The notes: generated from the letters alone by a model not told the origin. Counted from the stretch's first letter, positions 1 to 9,482 are shown. The stretch: DNA of 64,000 bases from Meiothermus sp. (GCA_033762915.1 JANRLD010000070.1:19745-83744), one strand, 5' to 3'. Numbers and translations are program-made.

Positions 1-1228
1 GGACTTCCTGGCGCTCGTAGTAACCGCGCCCCTGAAGCAGCACGTAGGGGAGCCCGGCCCGCTTGAAGGCCGACTCGAGGAAACCCACGCTGGCGTAGGA
101 GCGCACCAGCACCGCCATCTGTGAATAGGGATAGTCGTAGCCCAGTTTTTGCAGGCGCTTGGCCAGGATCTCAGCCTCCTGGGCGCGGAGTTCATCCATC
201 AGGGCCTCACCGACCGTCCAGTGCAGCTCGAGCCGCCCCCGCGCCTCGCGCACGCCGTGCACCTCGGGGGCCTCGCCGGGCGAGAAACCCAGGCCGCCCT
301 TGGCAAGGTGCTGGGTCAGGCGGTTAAGGAAGCGCACCAGCGTGGCGGAGTGACGGAAAGAGTGGGTCAGGGGGGGCAGCACCTGGCCCTCCTGCATGGC
401 CCGGCGGAACACCGCCACATCGGCGTTGCGGAAGGCGTAGATGCTCTGTTTGGGGTCGCCCACAATCTCCACCGGCAGGCCCGCGTCCTCGAGCGCGGCG
501 AAGAAGCGGCCTTGCAGCGGGTTCACGTCCTGGTACTCGTCGACCAGCAGAATGCTGACGCGCTCGAGCACCCGCTCCAGTGCGGCCCGCTGGCGGGTCA
601 GCTCGAGGGCGCGCAGCTCGAGTTCGGAGGGCGAGAGCAGGTTTGAGCGCAGGCGGCCCTTGTAGGCCGCGTAGACCGCATCGTAGACCCGCAGCAGGGT
701 CCGGTTCTCCTCGCCCTCGGCGGCCACCCAGGCTTCGGCCAGGGAGCGCTTGGAGAAGAGGTGCAGCAGGGCCTCGGTCTGTTCGGGGTGTGCCACCCCC
801 GCCAGCAGGTGGCTGGGGTCTTGGGCCAGGTACAACAGCGAGTTCCACTCCTCCTCGAACAGGGTCCGGGCCTCCCAGTCGCCCAGAATCGAGAAGTCGG
901 GGTCGAGGTGCAGCAGCGGGGCGGCCAGCCGCAGGCACTGCCCCATGAAGCCGTGGATGGTGCTGACGGCGGCCCCGCCCAGCTCGCGCCGGGCCTCGAG
1001 GAACTTCGGGCGGTCGGAGGGCTCGAGCACAAAGGAGAGGTGCGAGCCCTCCTCCAGCACCTCCTCGATTGCCTGCCCCACCCGTACGCGCAGTTCGTCG
1101 GCGGCCTTGCGGGTGAAGGTCACGCCGCCGATCCGGCGCAGTGGCGTCCCACCCGCGATCAGCTCGAGGTAGCGCAAGACCAGGCTGGCGGTCTTGCCAG
1201 TCCCGGCGGAGGCCACACGAACTTTCAC
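1..1228 (-). CDS. UvrD/AddA-like ATP-dependent helicase, N-terminal part (runs off the window start)
   Basis: Manual translation from GTG at 1228 gives MKVRVASAGTGKTASLVLRYLE...VTFTRKAADEL...LTIHGF...LVDEYQDVNP...VGDPKQSIYAFRNAD, the UvrD motifs I, Ia, II and III. Absent from the ORF track because it is truncated. Confidence 0.9.
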   Translation of the reverse strand, partial: MKVRVASAGTGKTASLVLRYLELIAGGTPLRRIGGVTFTRKAADELRVRVGQAIEEVLEEGSHLSFVLEPSDRPKFLEARRELGGAAVSTIHGFMGQCLRLAAPLLHLDPDFSILGDWEARTLFEEEWNSLLYLAQDPSHLLAGVAHPEQTEALLHLFSKRSLAEAWVAAEGEENRTLLRVYDAVYAAYKGRLRSNLLSPSELELRALELTRQRAALERVLERVSILLVDEYQDVNPLQGRFFAALEDAGLPVEIVGDPKQSIYAFRNADVAVFRRAMQEGQVLPPLTHSFRHSATLVRFLNRLTQHLAKGGLGFSPGEAPEVHGVREARGRLELHWTVGEALMDELRAQEAEILAKRLQKLGYDYPYSQMAVLVRSYASVGFLESAFKRAGLPYVLLQGRGYYERQEV

Positions 1229-1668
1229 AGCCGCTCGTCGGTATAATCCTGATGGCAGGCGATCAGGAGGAAGGCGCGGAACCCCTCGATGCTGAGGTGT
1301 CCTGCCGCCATCAACACCATGATGTCTTCGATCTCTATCGAAGGACGACCGGTAAAGTAGCCGTTGGCGTGGAGGGTTTCCTCCACCGTCAGCCAGGCGG
1401 TGCGCTTGTTGGCGTCGTGAAACGGGTGATTCTTAACCAGGCGGAAGCCCAGCGCGGCAACCTTGGTGAAAAAAGTTGGGTAGGCGTCGTCGCCCCCGGC
1501 GGTAGAAACGGGGGCGAACAGGACCGACTGGAGGGCCGCAGTGTCCCGCACACCCTGGAGCCCACCGAAGCGAACCAGCGCGTTCTGGTGAAGGGTCTCG
1601 ACGAGTTTTCCGGTGGGATAGCGATGGCCTCTATAGCGGTAGAAAAAACTAGCGCTGAGCAAGGCCAC
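1225..1668 (-). CDS. doc: Doc/Fic-family toxin (type II TA)
   Basis: HPFHDANKRTA Fic/Doc motif and GLQGVRD..LQSVL..P N-terminal motif. GTG start at 1668 is preceded by GGAGG, so the gene is shorter than the 196-aa ORF call. Confidence 0.85.
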   Translation of the reverse strand: MALLSASFFYRYRGHRYPTGKLVETLHQNALVRFGGLQGVRDTAALQSVLFAPVSTAGGDDAYPTFFTKVAALGFRLVKNHPFHDANKRTAWLTVEETLHANGYFTGRPSIEIEDIMVLMAAGHLSIEGFRAFLLIACHQDYTDERL

Positions 1669-1822
1669 GCAATACCTCCGCATTGCGCTCGAGGGCTTCA
1701 GCGACGATACGCTCTTGCTCTTCGGGGGTGATCTCCTCGAACTCCACCTCCTCGAGCTGGGGAAGCTCCACGCTGGCCGGAACGTCGAGCTGAATGGGCG
1801 GTTTAGATTCGGCAATATTCAT
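1649..1822 (-). CDS. Putative antitoxin for Doc (small acidic protein)
   Basis: 57-aa acidic ORF MNIAESK...ERNAEVLRGLAQR overlapping the doc start. The C-terminal ExxxExLxxLA helix is typical of Doc-partner antitoxins. Confidence 0.7.
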   Translation of the reverse strand: MNIAESKPPIQLDVPASVELPQLEEVEFEEITPEEQERIVAEALERNAEVLRGLAQR

Positions 1823-1917
1823 GTCGCACCTATCTGCCCAAAGTATAGCAAATTCCTGTTGACCCACCGTCCGCTGGCAGTCATTTGCCGGGGTACAGAG
1901 TGCTTGCCAGTCGCCAT

Positions 1918-3144
1918 TTACCCGTTCGGCTGGCGTTCGAGCCGACCATTCCTGCGGCGGCTCTGATACCAGTTGAGGGCGGGCTCCTCGATGAAGCGGT
2001 ACGAGAGGGCCGCCGCCGCGTAGATTGCCGCCGTCAGCGCCGCGCAGATCAGCAGCCACTCGCCCAGGCTGTCCACGCCCGACCACTTGAAGTCCAGGTT
2101 CAGCCGGTCGCGGTACAGCTCGATGATCAGCATGTGCCAGATGTAGATGCCGAAGGAGACCTTGGCGGTGTAGCGGGCGAAGGGGTTGTCGGCCAGCCGG
2201 CCCAGCAGATTGCTGAAAGGCAGCGCCGCCAGCAGCAGCATCACCGGCAGGGTGGCGTAGGGGAAGAAGTAGGGCTGGGCCTGCCAGCTGTGGCTGAACT
2301 CCGGCTCGAGGCGCACCTGCCACAGCACCGCGGTTAGGCCAAGCAGCGAGAGCAGGGCAACCCCGTCAAAAAACCATAGTTTCTTGAGCCGCTCAGCGAG
2401 GGCCGGGCTGCGCTCGAGGCCCACGATCAGCCCGGCCGAGAACACCCCGAAGATGTAGTGGGCGAACATGCCCAGCAGGCTGTAGTGCGGGAACCACTCC
2501 TTGGCCCCGCCCAGCAGGCCGTACTCCCAGCCGCGCCGATACCCGTCGGGCTGGAAATACTCCACCAGCACCTGGTTGAGCCCCAGCACCAACACCAGCG
2601 CCCCCAGCCAGTAAAGGTAGGCCACCCCCAGACCGCGCCGCGGGATCTGCCAGAACATGAGCATCATCATCAGGGGCATCAGCAAGTAGCAGAAGACCTC
2701 GAAACTGATGCTCCACAGCGGGCCGTTGATCTCGGTGGGGAAGTAGGTCAGGTAGTGCAGCCCGGAGGTCAGGGTCAGGCCAGCAAAGAAGCGCTCCCAC
2801 ACCAGCTGATCGGGGTGCCAGAGGAGGTAGCCGATCCCGAAGCTCAGGATCAGGCTGGCGTAATAGCCCGGCAAAATGCGCACCGCCCGGCGGCGGGCGA
2901 ACTCCCGAAGGTCGGGCAGGGGCCCTCTGGCAGCGAAGTTGCGCCAGAACGGGATCGAGAGCAGCATCCCCGAGAGCACGAAGAACATGCTGACCCCGGC
3001 CTCGCCCTTGAGACCGAAGTGATAGAGGGCCTGCACCAGCGGGGTCTGGGCCTCGCCGTTGAGCCGCTCCAAGAAGTGGTGCCCTAGCACCATCAGGCAG
3101 GCCATGGCCCGCACGCCGTCCGCCCCAAGGATAGTGTTTTTCAT
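1918..3144 (-). CDS. Acyltransferase family 3 (OafA/YrhL-like) membrane protein
   Basis: DGVRAMA, GVSMFFVLSG, RRAVRILP, WSISFEVFCY, SFGIYIWH and YRFIEEP motifs. Confidence 0.9.
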   Translation of the reverse strand: MKNTILGADGVRAMACLMVLGHHFLERLNGEAQTPLVQALYHFGLKGEAGVSMFFVLSGMLLSIPFWRNFAARGPLPDLREFARRRAVRILPGYYASLILSFGIGYLLWHPDQLVWERFFAGLTLTSGLHYLTYFPTEINGPLWSISFEVFCYLLMPLMMMLMFWQIPRRGLGVAYLYWLGALVLVLGLNQVLVEYFQPDGYRRGWEYGLLGGAKEWFPHYSLLGMFAHYIFGVFSAGLIVGLERSPALAERLKKLWFFDGVALLSLLGLTAVLWQVRLEPEFSHSWQAQPYFFPYATLPVMLLLAALPFSNLLGRLADNPFARYTAKVSFGIYIWHMLIIELYRDRLNLDFKWSGVDSLGEWLLICAALTAAIYAAAALSYRFIEEPALNWYQSRRRNGRLERQPNG

Positions 3145-3156
3145 AGCGCGGGCGTC

Positions 3157-3633
3157 TCAGCCCATCGCCATTATGCGTCCCCCGGTCAGAATTTGAAGCT
3201 CCTGTGGCGTTAAACCAAACAGTGACAGCGGCGTTCCGGCGGCGGCGTAGACCTGGGCGTAACCCATCAGATCGGGGTCGAGGAGGGCCTCGAGCGCGGT
3301 CACGTGTCCCACTGGCGGCACCCCCCCGATGGCGAAACCGGTGACCTCCCGCACGTAGTCGGCGTTGGGCTTCTCCAGCCGCTCCCCCAGCTGCAGCTCC
3401 ACCCCGTGAACGTCCACCCGGTTGGAGCCAGAGACCAGCAGCAGATAGGGCCTGCCGCTGCTGGCCCCGCGAAAGATCAGGCTCTTGACGATCTGTCCCA
3501 GCGCGCACCCCACCGCCTCGGCGGCCTCCTGGGCGGTGCGGGTGGACTGAGAAAGCTCCAGGACCTCGAGGTGGCCGAAGCCGCGCTCTGTGAGCACGTC
3601 CCGGACCCTTTGCGATGAGGGGGAGAGGGGCAT
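3157..3633 (-). CDS. YbaK/EbsC (aminoacyl-tRNA editing) family protein
   Basis: TRTAQEAA, QIVKSLIF, GFAIGGVPPVG and AAGTP motifs. ATG at 3633 has TATTCT 7 nt upstream. Confidence 0.9.
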   Translation of the reverse strand: MPLSPSSQRVRDVLTERGFGHLEVLELSQSTRTAQEAAEAVGCALGQIVKSLIFRGASSGRPYLLLVSGSNRVDVHGVELQLGERLEKPNADYVREVTGFAIGGVPPVGHVTALEALLDPDLMGYAQVYAAAGTPLSLFGLTPQELQILTGGRIMAMG

Positions 3634-3739
3634 GGGGGAAAGAATACGGGAGGGACGAGGACGAGGGAAGAGGGTCCGAAGCGAGGAAGCTTGCCGGGCA
3701 TAACCAAACGGAGCCGAAGGGAGGGAACTTGAGCCACCG

Positions 3740-3870
3740 CAAATATAAGAGGAGCCAACCTCGAGGTTGCGCAGCGCTTCTTTCTTCGTCTTTTGACCTT
3801 CGACCCAAAACTTGTAGCAAAGGCAACGAAAATTCCTCATCTTCGTTTTGCTACCTTCAATATTGGTTGG
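3740..3870 (-). pseudogene. Possible decayed HicB-like antitoxin remnant
   Basis: Low-GC stretch whose fragments read ...EGQKTKKEALRNLE... and LLLYL in different frames, resembling the HicB GxTxEEAxxNL motif. Confidence 0.3.
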
Positions 3871-4024
3871 GGAGTAGCCACTCGGACAGAGTCGGTCAAT
3901 CGTCAGTACGGGGCTTGGCCCCCGGTTGACCAGGCGGGCAAAAATCCGTCGGCAAGACCACCACGACATCCGGTGCCGTGGTGGTCTTTCGTTGCATCGC
4001 GGCCCGGCTAGAGGAGGTCTACGG

Positions 4025-5245
4025 ATGCAGCAGATTCTGACTCGCTTTGTCGGCGTTTCGGCTATCGCAGGCGTGCTGGGCGCGGCCCTGGGGCAGGGGA
4101 TCACGCCCTTCAACGAGGCCAGGGCGGCCCTCGAGTACGAGCGCAACACCGTGGAAATCGTGCAGCGCTACGGCCCCAGCGTGGTGGCGGTGGGCGTGAG
4201 CGTGCAGGGGCAGCGGCTGGGGCCGAGGGGCTTTGGACTGCCCGGCCTCGAGCGCGCGCGGCCCATGCCGGAGACCCAGCAGGGTAGCGGGAGCGGCTTC
4301 GTCATCAGCCGCGAGGGGCAGATCGTCACCAATTACCATGTGATCCAGGCCGCGCTAAACGGTCGCAGCACCCAGCTGCGCGAGGGCGCACGCATCACCG
4401 TGGACTTCCCCAGCGACGACAAGGACGGCCTGCTGGTGCGGGTGCTGGGGGTGAACCCCTCCTACGACCTGGCCCTGCTCGAGCTGCAAGACTCGAGGCT
4501 GCTCCCGGTCGGCCTCAACCCGATCCGGCTGGCCGACGCCGCCGGGGTGCAGGTGGGCCAGAAGGTGATCGCCATCGGGAACCCCTTCGGGCTCCAGTCC
4601 ACCGTGACCACCGGGGTGGTCTCGGCGCTGGCGCGGGAGGTGCCCTCGGTGGGGCGCATCAACGTCCCGATGATCCAGACCGACGCGGCCATCAACCCCG
4701 GCAGCTCGGGTGGGCCGCTGCTGAACTCGAGGGGCGAGTTGGTGGGGATCAACACCGCCATCCTGCCCGGCATCTCGGCCAACGGTCAGCGGGGCTTCCT
4801 GGGCATTGGGTTCGCGGTGCCGACCCAGTTCTTGAGTGAGAACCTGGCGGCGCTCCGGCAGGGCGGCTACGCAGGGGTCTTCGAGAGCCGCCCACGCATC
4901 GGGATCGAGGTGCGCCCGCTCTCCGACTACCCCGAGGCCCTGCGGCGCAACCAGAACCTGCCCGAGGGCGGCCTCAAGGTGATGTGGGTAGACCCCAACG
5001 GCCCCGGCGCGAAGGCTGGTCTGCAGGCCGGAACGCTGACGATGTGGGCCGAGGGACAGGAGTTCGTGGTGGGGGGCGACGTGCTGCTGGAGCTGAACGG
5101 CCAGCCGGTGCGCGGCGCTACCGAGCTTCAGCAAAAGGTCTTTGCCAAGCGGCCCGGCGAGGCCGTGCAGCTCACCGTTTGGCGCGACGGCCAGCGCATC
5201 AGCAAACAGGTAACGCTCGAGATCGTGCCGCTGGCAAGCCGCTAG
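4025..5245 (+). CDS. HtrA/DegP-like serine protease with PDZ domain
   Basis: GSGSGFV, VTNYHV, DLALL and IQTDAAINPGSSGGPL motifs; C-terminal PDZ; signal peptide; GAGGAGG RBS. Confidence 0.93.
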   Translation: MQQILTRFVGVSAIAGVLGAALGQGITPFNEARAALEYERNTVEIVQRYGPSVVAVGVSVQGQRLGPRGFGLPGLERARPMPETQQGSGSGFVISREGQIVTNYHVIQAALNGRSTQLREGARITVDFPSDDKDGLLVRVLGVNPSYDLALLELQDSRLLPVGLNPIRLADAAGVQVGQKVIAIGNPFGLQSTVTTGVVSALAREVPSVGRINVPMIQTDAAINPGSSGGPLLNSRGELVGINTAILPGISANGQRGFLGIGFAVPTQFLSENLAALRQGGYAGVFESRPRIGIEVRPLSDYPEALRRNQNLPEGGLKVMWVDPNGPGAKAGLQAGTLTMWAEGQEFVVGGDVLLELNGQPVRGATELQQKVFAKRPGEAVQLTVWRDGQRISKQVTLEIVPLASR

Positions 5246-5255
5246 GAGGAACCCC

Positions 5256-5570
5256 ATGACTGCCCAGGCCATGCTTTGCCCCGACTGCCACAGCGAAGTC
5301 ACCGGCCAAGACCCCCACTGCCTGGTCTGCTCGCCCGAGGCCGCGCCAGAGGCCCAGCTCTGGGTGCGGGCGAACTGGATGCCCGGCACCCTCGACCAGG
5401 TTGAGCTGGCGCTCGAGGGCACCCTCGAGCGCTCGACCGTCTCGCTGGGCTGGATCCACCGCAACCTGGGCGAGCAGTACGGCCACGACCTCTACCTCAA
5501 AGGCAAGGCCCGTTTCGCCTGCAACCCCAGCTTCTGGCGGGCCCTGAGCACCAGAAGCTTCGCCGACTGA
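5256..5570 (+). CDS. Hypothetical protein with N-terminal CxxC...CxxC (possible Zn ribbon)
   Basis: AGGAG RBS right after the htrA stop; CPDC and CLVC motifs. Confidence 0.65.
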   Translation: MTAQAMLCPDCHSEVTGQDPHCLVCSPEAAPEAQLWVRANWMPGTLDQVELALEGTLERSTVSLGWIHRNLGEQYGHDLYLKGKARFACNPSFWRALSTRSFAD

Positions 5571-5610
5571 CCGAGACCGGGCCAACCTCGAAGCTGCTTG
5601 GCTCGACAAG

Positions 5611-5880
5611 TTGGACGTGCGCAACGCCAGCCTGCGCGACGTTCGGCTGGTTCAGGGGATGGGGTTTGACCAGAAGCGGGTCGCCTTTGTCAGCGCGACC
5701 CGGCAGAACCTGCGCCTGCTGCCCGCCGACAAGAGTGAACCGGTGGTCAAGCGGCTCGAGGACTTCCCTGTGACCGAGGAACGCTCCTACAGCGTCTTCG
5801 TCTTCGGGCTGAGCAAAGGCCAAGGAGCCCAGGCACTGAGCGTGGTGAAGGTGCAAGACAAGGCCCGGGCCGAGCCGTGA
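5611..5880 (+). pseudogene. Truncated DUF4397-like fragment
   Basis: C-terminus ERSYSVFVFGL...ALSVVKVQD resembles GKVYSVFAVGS...LEVVVVED of the protein at 7381-8034. No convincing start or signal peptide. Confidence 0.4.
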
Positions 5881-5991
5881 ACGCCGGGGCCAGACGGTGA
5901 AGCGCTGGGCGGACCTCCCGCGACCCGCCCACCCCCCTCCGGCCCAATTCCCTTCGTCCCCACGGCGTTTGCCGTGGGGTTACGCTTTGGG

Positions 5992-7278
5992 TTAGCGCAC
6001 CCCGCGCAGGTACCCGGCAATCGGCCCCACCGCCGCACCGTCTCTCGAGGTCAGAATGTCCAGGTGCGTCAGCCCCGGCAAGATCTGGACGGTCTGAGGT
6101 GTGTTTGGGAAGACCTCGGCCACGCCCCGGAAGCTTTCGGGGCTGGGCAGCAGCCCGCGTCCGGCGCCCAGCGAGAGCACCGGGTAGGGCGTCGTGCGGG
6201 GCTGCAACTCCGGCATGGCCCAGCGCCAGTTGCCCACGTCGAGCGTGAGGCGATAGGGGAAGAACCACTCTGAAAAGCCGGTGACGGGGTTGGCGTAGAG
6301 TTGGAGAAACTCGAGCGGGTCAGTCGGCTCGCCGGTGTCCAGCCACTCCACCCGGCCCCCTCGAGGGCCGCGCACGGTGTAGGCAGGCGAGCCCAGAATC
6401 AGGCTCACCAGGCTGATGCCCTCCCGCCCGCTGGCCCGCCCCACCGAGACCTTGAAGGCCGCCAAGGGCTGATAGCGCTCGTCCACCCGATACAGCGCGG
6501 CGGCGATGCGGCTGGCGCGAAAAGGTGCCCAGCCCGGCGGGGCGTCGGCCTGGGGGCTCCGGGCCGCCACGAAGGCTTGGGCCTCGGCCTGGGCGAAAGC
6601 CACCGGGTCGAGGCCGAACAGCGAGATGTACGGCAGGGCTTGTCCAGCCAGCAGTTCGTTGAGGCCGGCGGTGCGCCCGAAAGCATTGGAGCCGCCCCCT
6701 TCGTACTGCTCACGCGTGGTGGCGGTGGGGCGCAGCGCCCCGTCCAGGAAGATCAGCCCGTTGATGCTCTCGGGCCGGTATAGGGCGTACAGCCCCGCAA
6801 TGCTGGCCCCCAGGCTGTGCCCGGCCAGCACCACTGGCCCGCGCGCGCGGGCCTGACGGACCAGTGCCTCGAGGTCGTCGAGGTGAACCTTCAGGCCCCA
6901 GTCCTTGAGGAAGGGAAGCTGGGGCAGCTTGTAGCTCTGGTAATAGGCCCAAGGGTCGGGCTGGTTGAAACCCGAGCGATCCTCGAGGCCGTTGGCCCGC
7001 CTGTCCCAGACCCAGACCTCCCAGCCCGGAGCCGCCGGCAGCAAGCGCCGCGCCAGGGCCTCGAAGTTGCCTGCACCCCCCAGAAAACCCGGTATGAAAA
7101 TCAGCGTGCCCCTGAACGCGCCCTGGGCCGGATAGACCGCCGCGTAGCTCCGGTCGAACTGGGCTCCAGCGGCGGTTACGGCCCCCGCGAAGCTGCGGTA
7201 CTCCGGGCTGCCCGTCCAGCGCTCGACCTGGGCCGCCGCGAAACCCAGACCTACCAGCAAAGCCATTAGCCATTGCAT
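5992..7278 (-). CDS. Secreted alpha/beta-fold hydrolase
   Basis: Signal peptide, IPGFLGG oxyanion loop, GHSLG nucleophile, C-terminal HLD. Confidence 0.85.
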   Translation of the reverse strand: MQWLMALLVGLGFAAAQVERWTGSPEYRSFAGAVTAAGAQFDRSYAAVYPAQGAFRGTLIFIPGFLGGAGNFEALARRLLPAAPGWEVWVWDRRANGLEDRSGFNQPDPWAYYQSYKLPQLPFLKDWGLKVHLDDLEALVRQARARGPVVLAGHSLGASIAGLYALYRPESINGLIFLDGALRPTATTREQYEGGGSNAFGRTAGLNELLAGQALPYISLFGLDPVAFAQAEAQAFVAARSPQADAPPGWAPFRASRIAAALYRVDERYQPLAAFKVSVGRASGREGISLVSLILGSPAYTVRGPRGGRVEWLDTGEPTDPLEFLQLYANPVTGFSEWFFPYRLTLDVGNWRWAMPELQPRTTPYPVLSLGAGRGLLPSPESFRGVAEVFPNTPQTVQILPGLTHLDILTSRDGAAVGPIAGYLRGVR

Positions 7279-7326
7279 GGCCCTATGCTGCACCGGAGGG
7301 CCGCCAAAATAAAGCGCCGAGGGCAC

Positions 7327-7363
7327 AAAAAACCCCTCGAGCCAAACTCGAGGGGTTGCTTTT
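7327..7363. terminator. Intrinsic terminator hairpin, possibly bidirectional
   Basis: AAAAAACCCCTCGAG-CCAAA-CTCGAGGGGTT-GCTTTT, an 11-bp perfect stem with A/T runs, downstream of 7381-8034. Confidence 0.75.
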
Positions 7364-7380
7364 GCGTTCGACGCGAGCGA

Positions 7381-8034
7381 CTACGGGCTGAAGCTGTCCT
7401 CGACTACCACCACCTCGAGGGTGTTGTCGGCGAGCGAGCCAACCGCGAACACGCTGTAGACCTTCCCGGCCTCGAAGGCCACGCCGTCCAGGGGTAGCGC
7501 CACCTGGTTGGTGTCGGTCGGGCGGATCTCGAGGTTGAAGGTGGCCGCGGGGACCGTACCGTAGCCGGAGACCTTAGGGAAGCTGAGGTTACGGAACAGC
7601 ACCGGGCCGCCCTTTAGGGCCACGTCCACGGCCGGCGCGTCGGCGGAGGCGTGAACGACCCGTACCCTGGCCGCGCCCTCGGCGGGGGTCAGGCGATCCT
7701 CGACTAGGCGGGTTTGCAGACGGGCGGCAGTGCCCAGCGCCATCACCGTATAGCGCTTCCCGGCCTGCACCCGGATGGTCACATCGGCGACCTTGGCGGG
7801 CTGCTGGGCGGTGGTCTGAACACCCAGGGTGATCGAGCCGGCCGGAACCTCGACATAGGAGGTCACCGACTTGAAGGTCTGCGCCTCGAAGACCTTGGTG
7901 CTGCCCGAGAGGATGTCCACCGCCGGAGCGTCGGGCACCAGATGAGCGAAGCGCACGAAGGCCGTACCCTGCTGCTGGGCCAGGCCCAGACCCGCCACCA
8001 CCGCCATAGCCAAAAACCACTTCACCAAGTGCAT
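7381..8034 (-). CDS. DUF4397 domain secreted protein
   Basis: Two repeats, VRFAHLVPDAPAVDI and VRVVHASADAPAVDV; signal peptide. Confidence 0.85.
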   Translation of the reverse strand: MHLVKWFLAMAVVAGLGLAQQQGTAFVRFAHLVPDAPAVDILSGSTKVFEAQTFKSVTSYVEVPAGSITLGVQTTAQQPAKVADVTIRVQAGKRYTVMALGTAARLQTRLVEDRLTPAEGAARVRVVHASADAPAVDVALKGGPVLFRNLSFPKVSGYGTVPAATFNLEIRPTDTNQVALPLDGVAFEAGKVYSVFAVGSLADNTLEVVVVEDSFSP

Positions 8035-8151
8035 AACGACACCCCTTTCGCTGCCCTTCGTGCTGAGCTCCCCTGTTGTTTGAACTCGGGAAAATCTGCG
8101 GGACACTCTAACCCGCCGCTGCTGACCCCGCCATGGTCGAACCTACAAACT

Positions 8152-8180
8152 GCAGACCCCGCCACAAGGGCGGGGTCTGC
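8152..8180 (-). terminator. Intrinsic terminator after the fasciclin gene
   Basis: GCAGACCCCGCC-ACAAG-GGCGGGGTCTGC 12-bp stem followed on the minus strand by AGTTTGT. Confidence 0.7.
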
Positions 8181-8192
8181 TGGCGGCTGAGG

Positions 8193-8693
8193 TTACTTGG
8201 GCATCAACACGGTGTCGATCACGTGGATCACGCCGTTCTTGGCCATGATGTCCACGGCGGTCACCTTGGAGTTGCCGTTGAGGGTGACGTTGCTGCCCGC
8301 CACCGCGATGGTGACTTCCTGACCCTGGACGGTCTTGGCCGCCTTGCCGTTGAGCTTAACCACCTCTGCCGCAGGCACACTCCCCGCCACCACGTGGTAG
8401 GTCAGCACCTTGGTGAGGGCGGCCCTGTCAGCCAGCAGTTTGTAGAGATCAGCCTTGGGGATCTTGGCGAAGGCGGCGTTGGTGGGCGCGAAGACGGTGA
8501 ACGGCCCGGTGCCCGCCAGGGTATCGCCCAGCCCGGCAGCCCGCACAGCGGCCAGCAGGGTGCTGAAGTCGGGGTTGCCCGCGACAATCTGGGTGATGGT
8601 CATCTCGCGGGTGTTCATCTGGGTCTGACCCGAGGTCAGGCCGAGGGCGGCTAGGGCCAGGACGGCGAGGGCGTATACGGCTTTGAGTTTCAT
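8193..8693 (-). CDS. Fasciclin (FAS1) domain secreted protein
   Basis: FSTLLAAV, FTVFAPTNAAF, LTYHVV and NGVIHVIDTVLMP motifs; AGAGGAGG RBS. Confidence 0.95.
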   Translation of the reverse strand: MKLKAVYALAVLALAALGLTSGQTQMNTREMTITQIVAGNPDFSTLLAAVRAAGLGDTLAGTGPFTVFAPTNAAFAKIPKADLYKLLADRAALTKVLTYHVVAGSVPAAEVVKLNGKAAKTVQGQEVTIAVAGSNVTLNGNSKVTAVDIMAKNGVIHVIDTVLMPK

Positions 8694-8788
8694 GGGTGTT
8701 CCTCCTCTATGGGAAAACAGCTCGATACCCGTCCGGCGGCCTATCTGGCCCCTACCGGACTCGAGTAAACCTGAACTGCCTTCTGAGT

Positions 8789-8831
8789 TAGACAATACAT
8801 GTATAGATTATGTAAAAGATTTGTCTATATT
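8789..8831 (-). promoter_or_regulatory. Putative CarH/LitR operator: three 11-bp direct repeats with a TnnACA core
   Basis: Minus strand reads TAGACAAATCT TTTACATAATC TATACATGTAT (cores at 8822-8827, 8811-8816, 8800-8805) in an AT-rich island upstream of the fasciclin gene. Confidence 0.65.
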
Positions 8832-8835
8832 ACGT

Positions 8836-9192
8836 TTAGATTTGTAGACCATGGAACAGATCAAAGGCGAGCAGAAAAAAGCCCTGTATCAGCACCGCCA
8901 GCCCGAAGCCCCTGAGCTGCGGGGTTTTGCGGGTGTACAGCCAAGCCCCCGCCGCCACATACACGACGTCCAGCCCTGCGTTAATCAGCAGCACCCGGCG
9001 CAGGGCGTCCGGGCTGGGCTCAGCTCCCAGCCACCCCGCCATCGCGATCGCCGCGTCCACTAGAGCCCAGATCCCCGACATCAGCCAGAAAGGCCGCCAG
9101 AAGGGGTGGTGGCTGCGCCACAGACCGACCAGCGCGCCACCCAGCCACAGCAGCGACCACAGCATCAGTTGCTGGGCGATAATTTCTCCCAT
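8836..9192 (-). CDS. Small membrane protein (hypothetical)
   Basis: Four hydrophobic segments with NAGLDVVY and QGFFLLAFD motifs. Start uncertain (9192 or nearby). Confidence 0.7.
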   Translation of the reverse strand: MGEIIAQQLMLWSLLWLGGALVGLWRSHHPFWRPFWLMSGIWALVDAAIAMAGWLGAEPSPDALRRVLLINAGLDVVYVAAGAWLYTRKTPQLRGFGLAVLIQGFFLLAFDLFHGLQI

Positions 9193-9300
9193 ACAGCAGA
9201 TTATCTTAATCTGTGGGCTCGAGACCAAGACGACGGGTCGCGCCCGGGCAAGCGTTGGTCGGCGCGGCCTTGCGTATCGACTCGCAGGCCCAAAGCTGTT

Positions 9301-9346
9301 CGGTTCCTACGGATACCCGGTTTGGCAAACTGCGCCGAACCGGGTA
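9301..9346 (+). repeat. Degenerate member of the TIR-plus-hairpin mini-element family
   Basis: CGGTTCCTAC-GGA-TACCCGGTTTGGC-aaactgc-GCCGAACCGGGTA has the same architecture as 19799-19855 and 60058-60149. Confidence 0.55.
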
Positions 9347-9482
9347 CACCGCGCCGCTCCGCAGGCCCTGAAGTGGTGGCGAATGCCATCAGCCCGCCCT
9401 TACAGTTCCTTGGGCTCGGGACTAAGCGGTTGCATAGTTGGAATGCGAAATTTCGCCCACCTGCTCTCGTAGGGAATTGCGC

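Noticed and set aside
1669..1815. 196-aa version of Doc
   Set aside because: The upstream extension overlaps the antitoxin ORF; an RBS supports the GTG at 1668.
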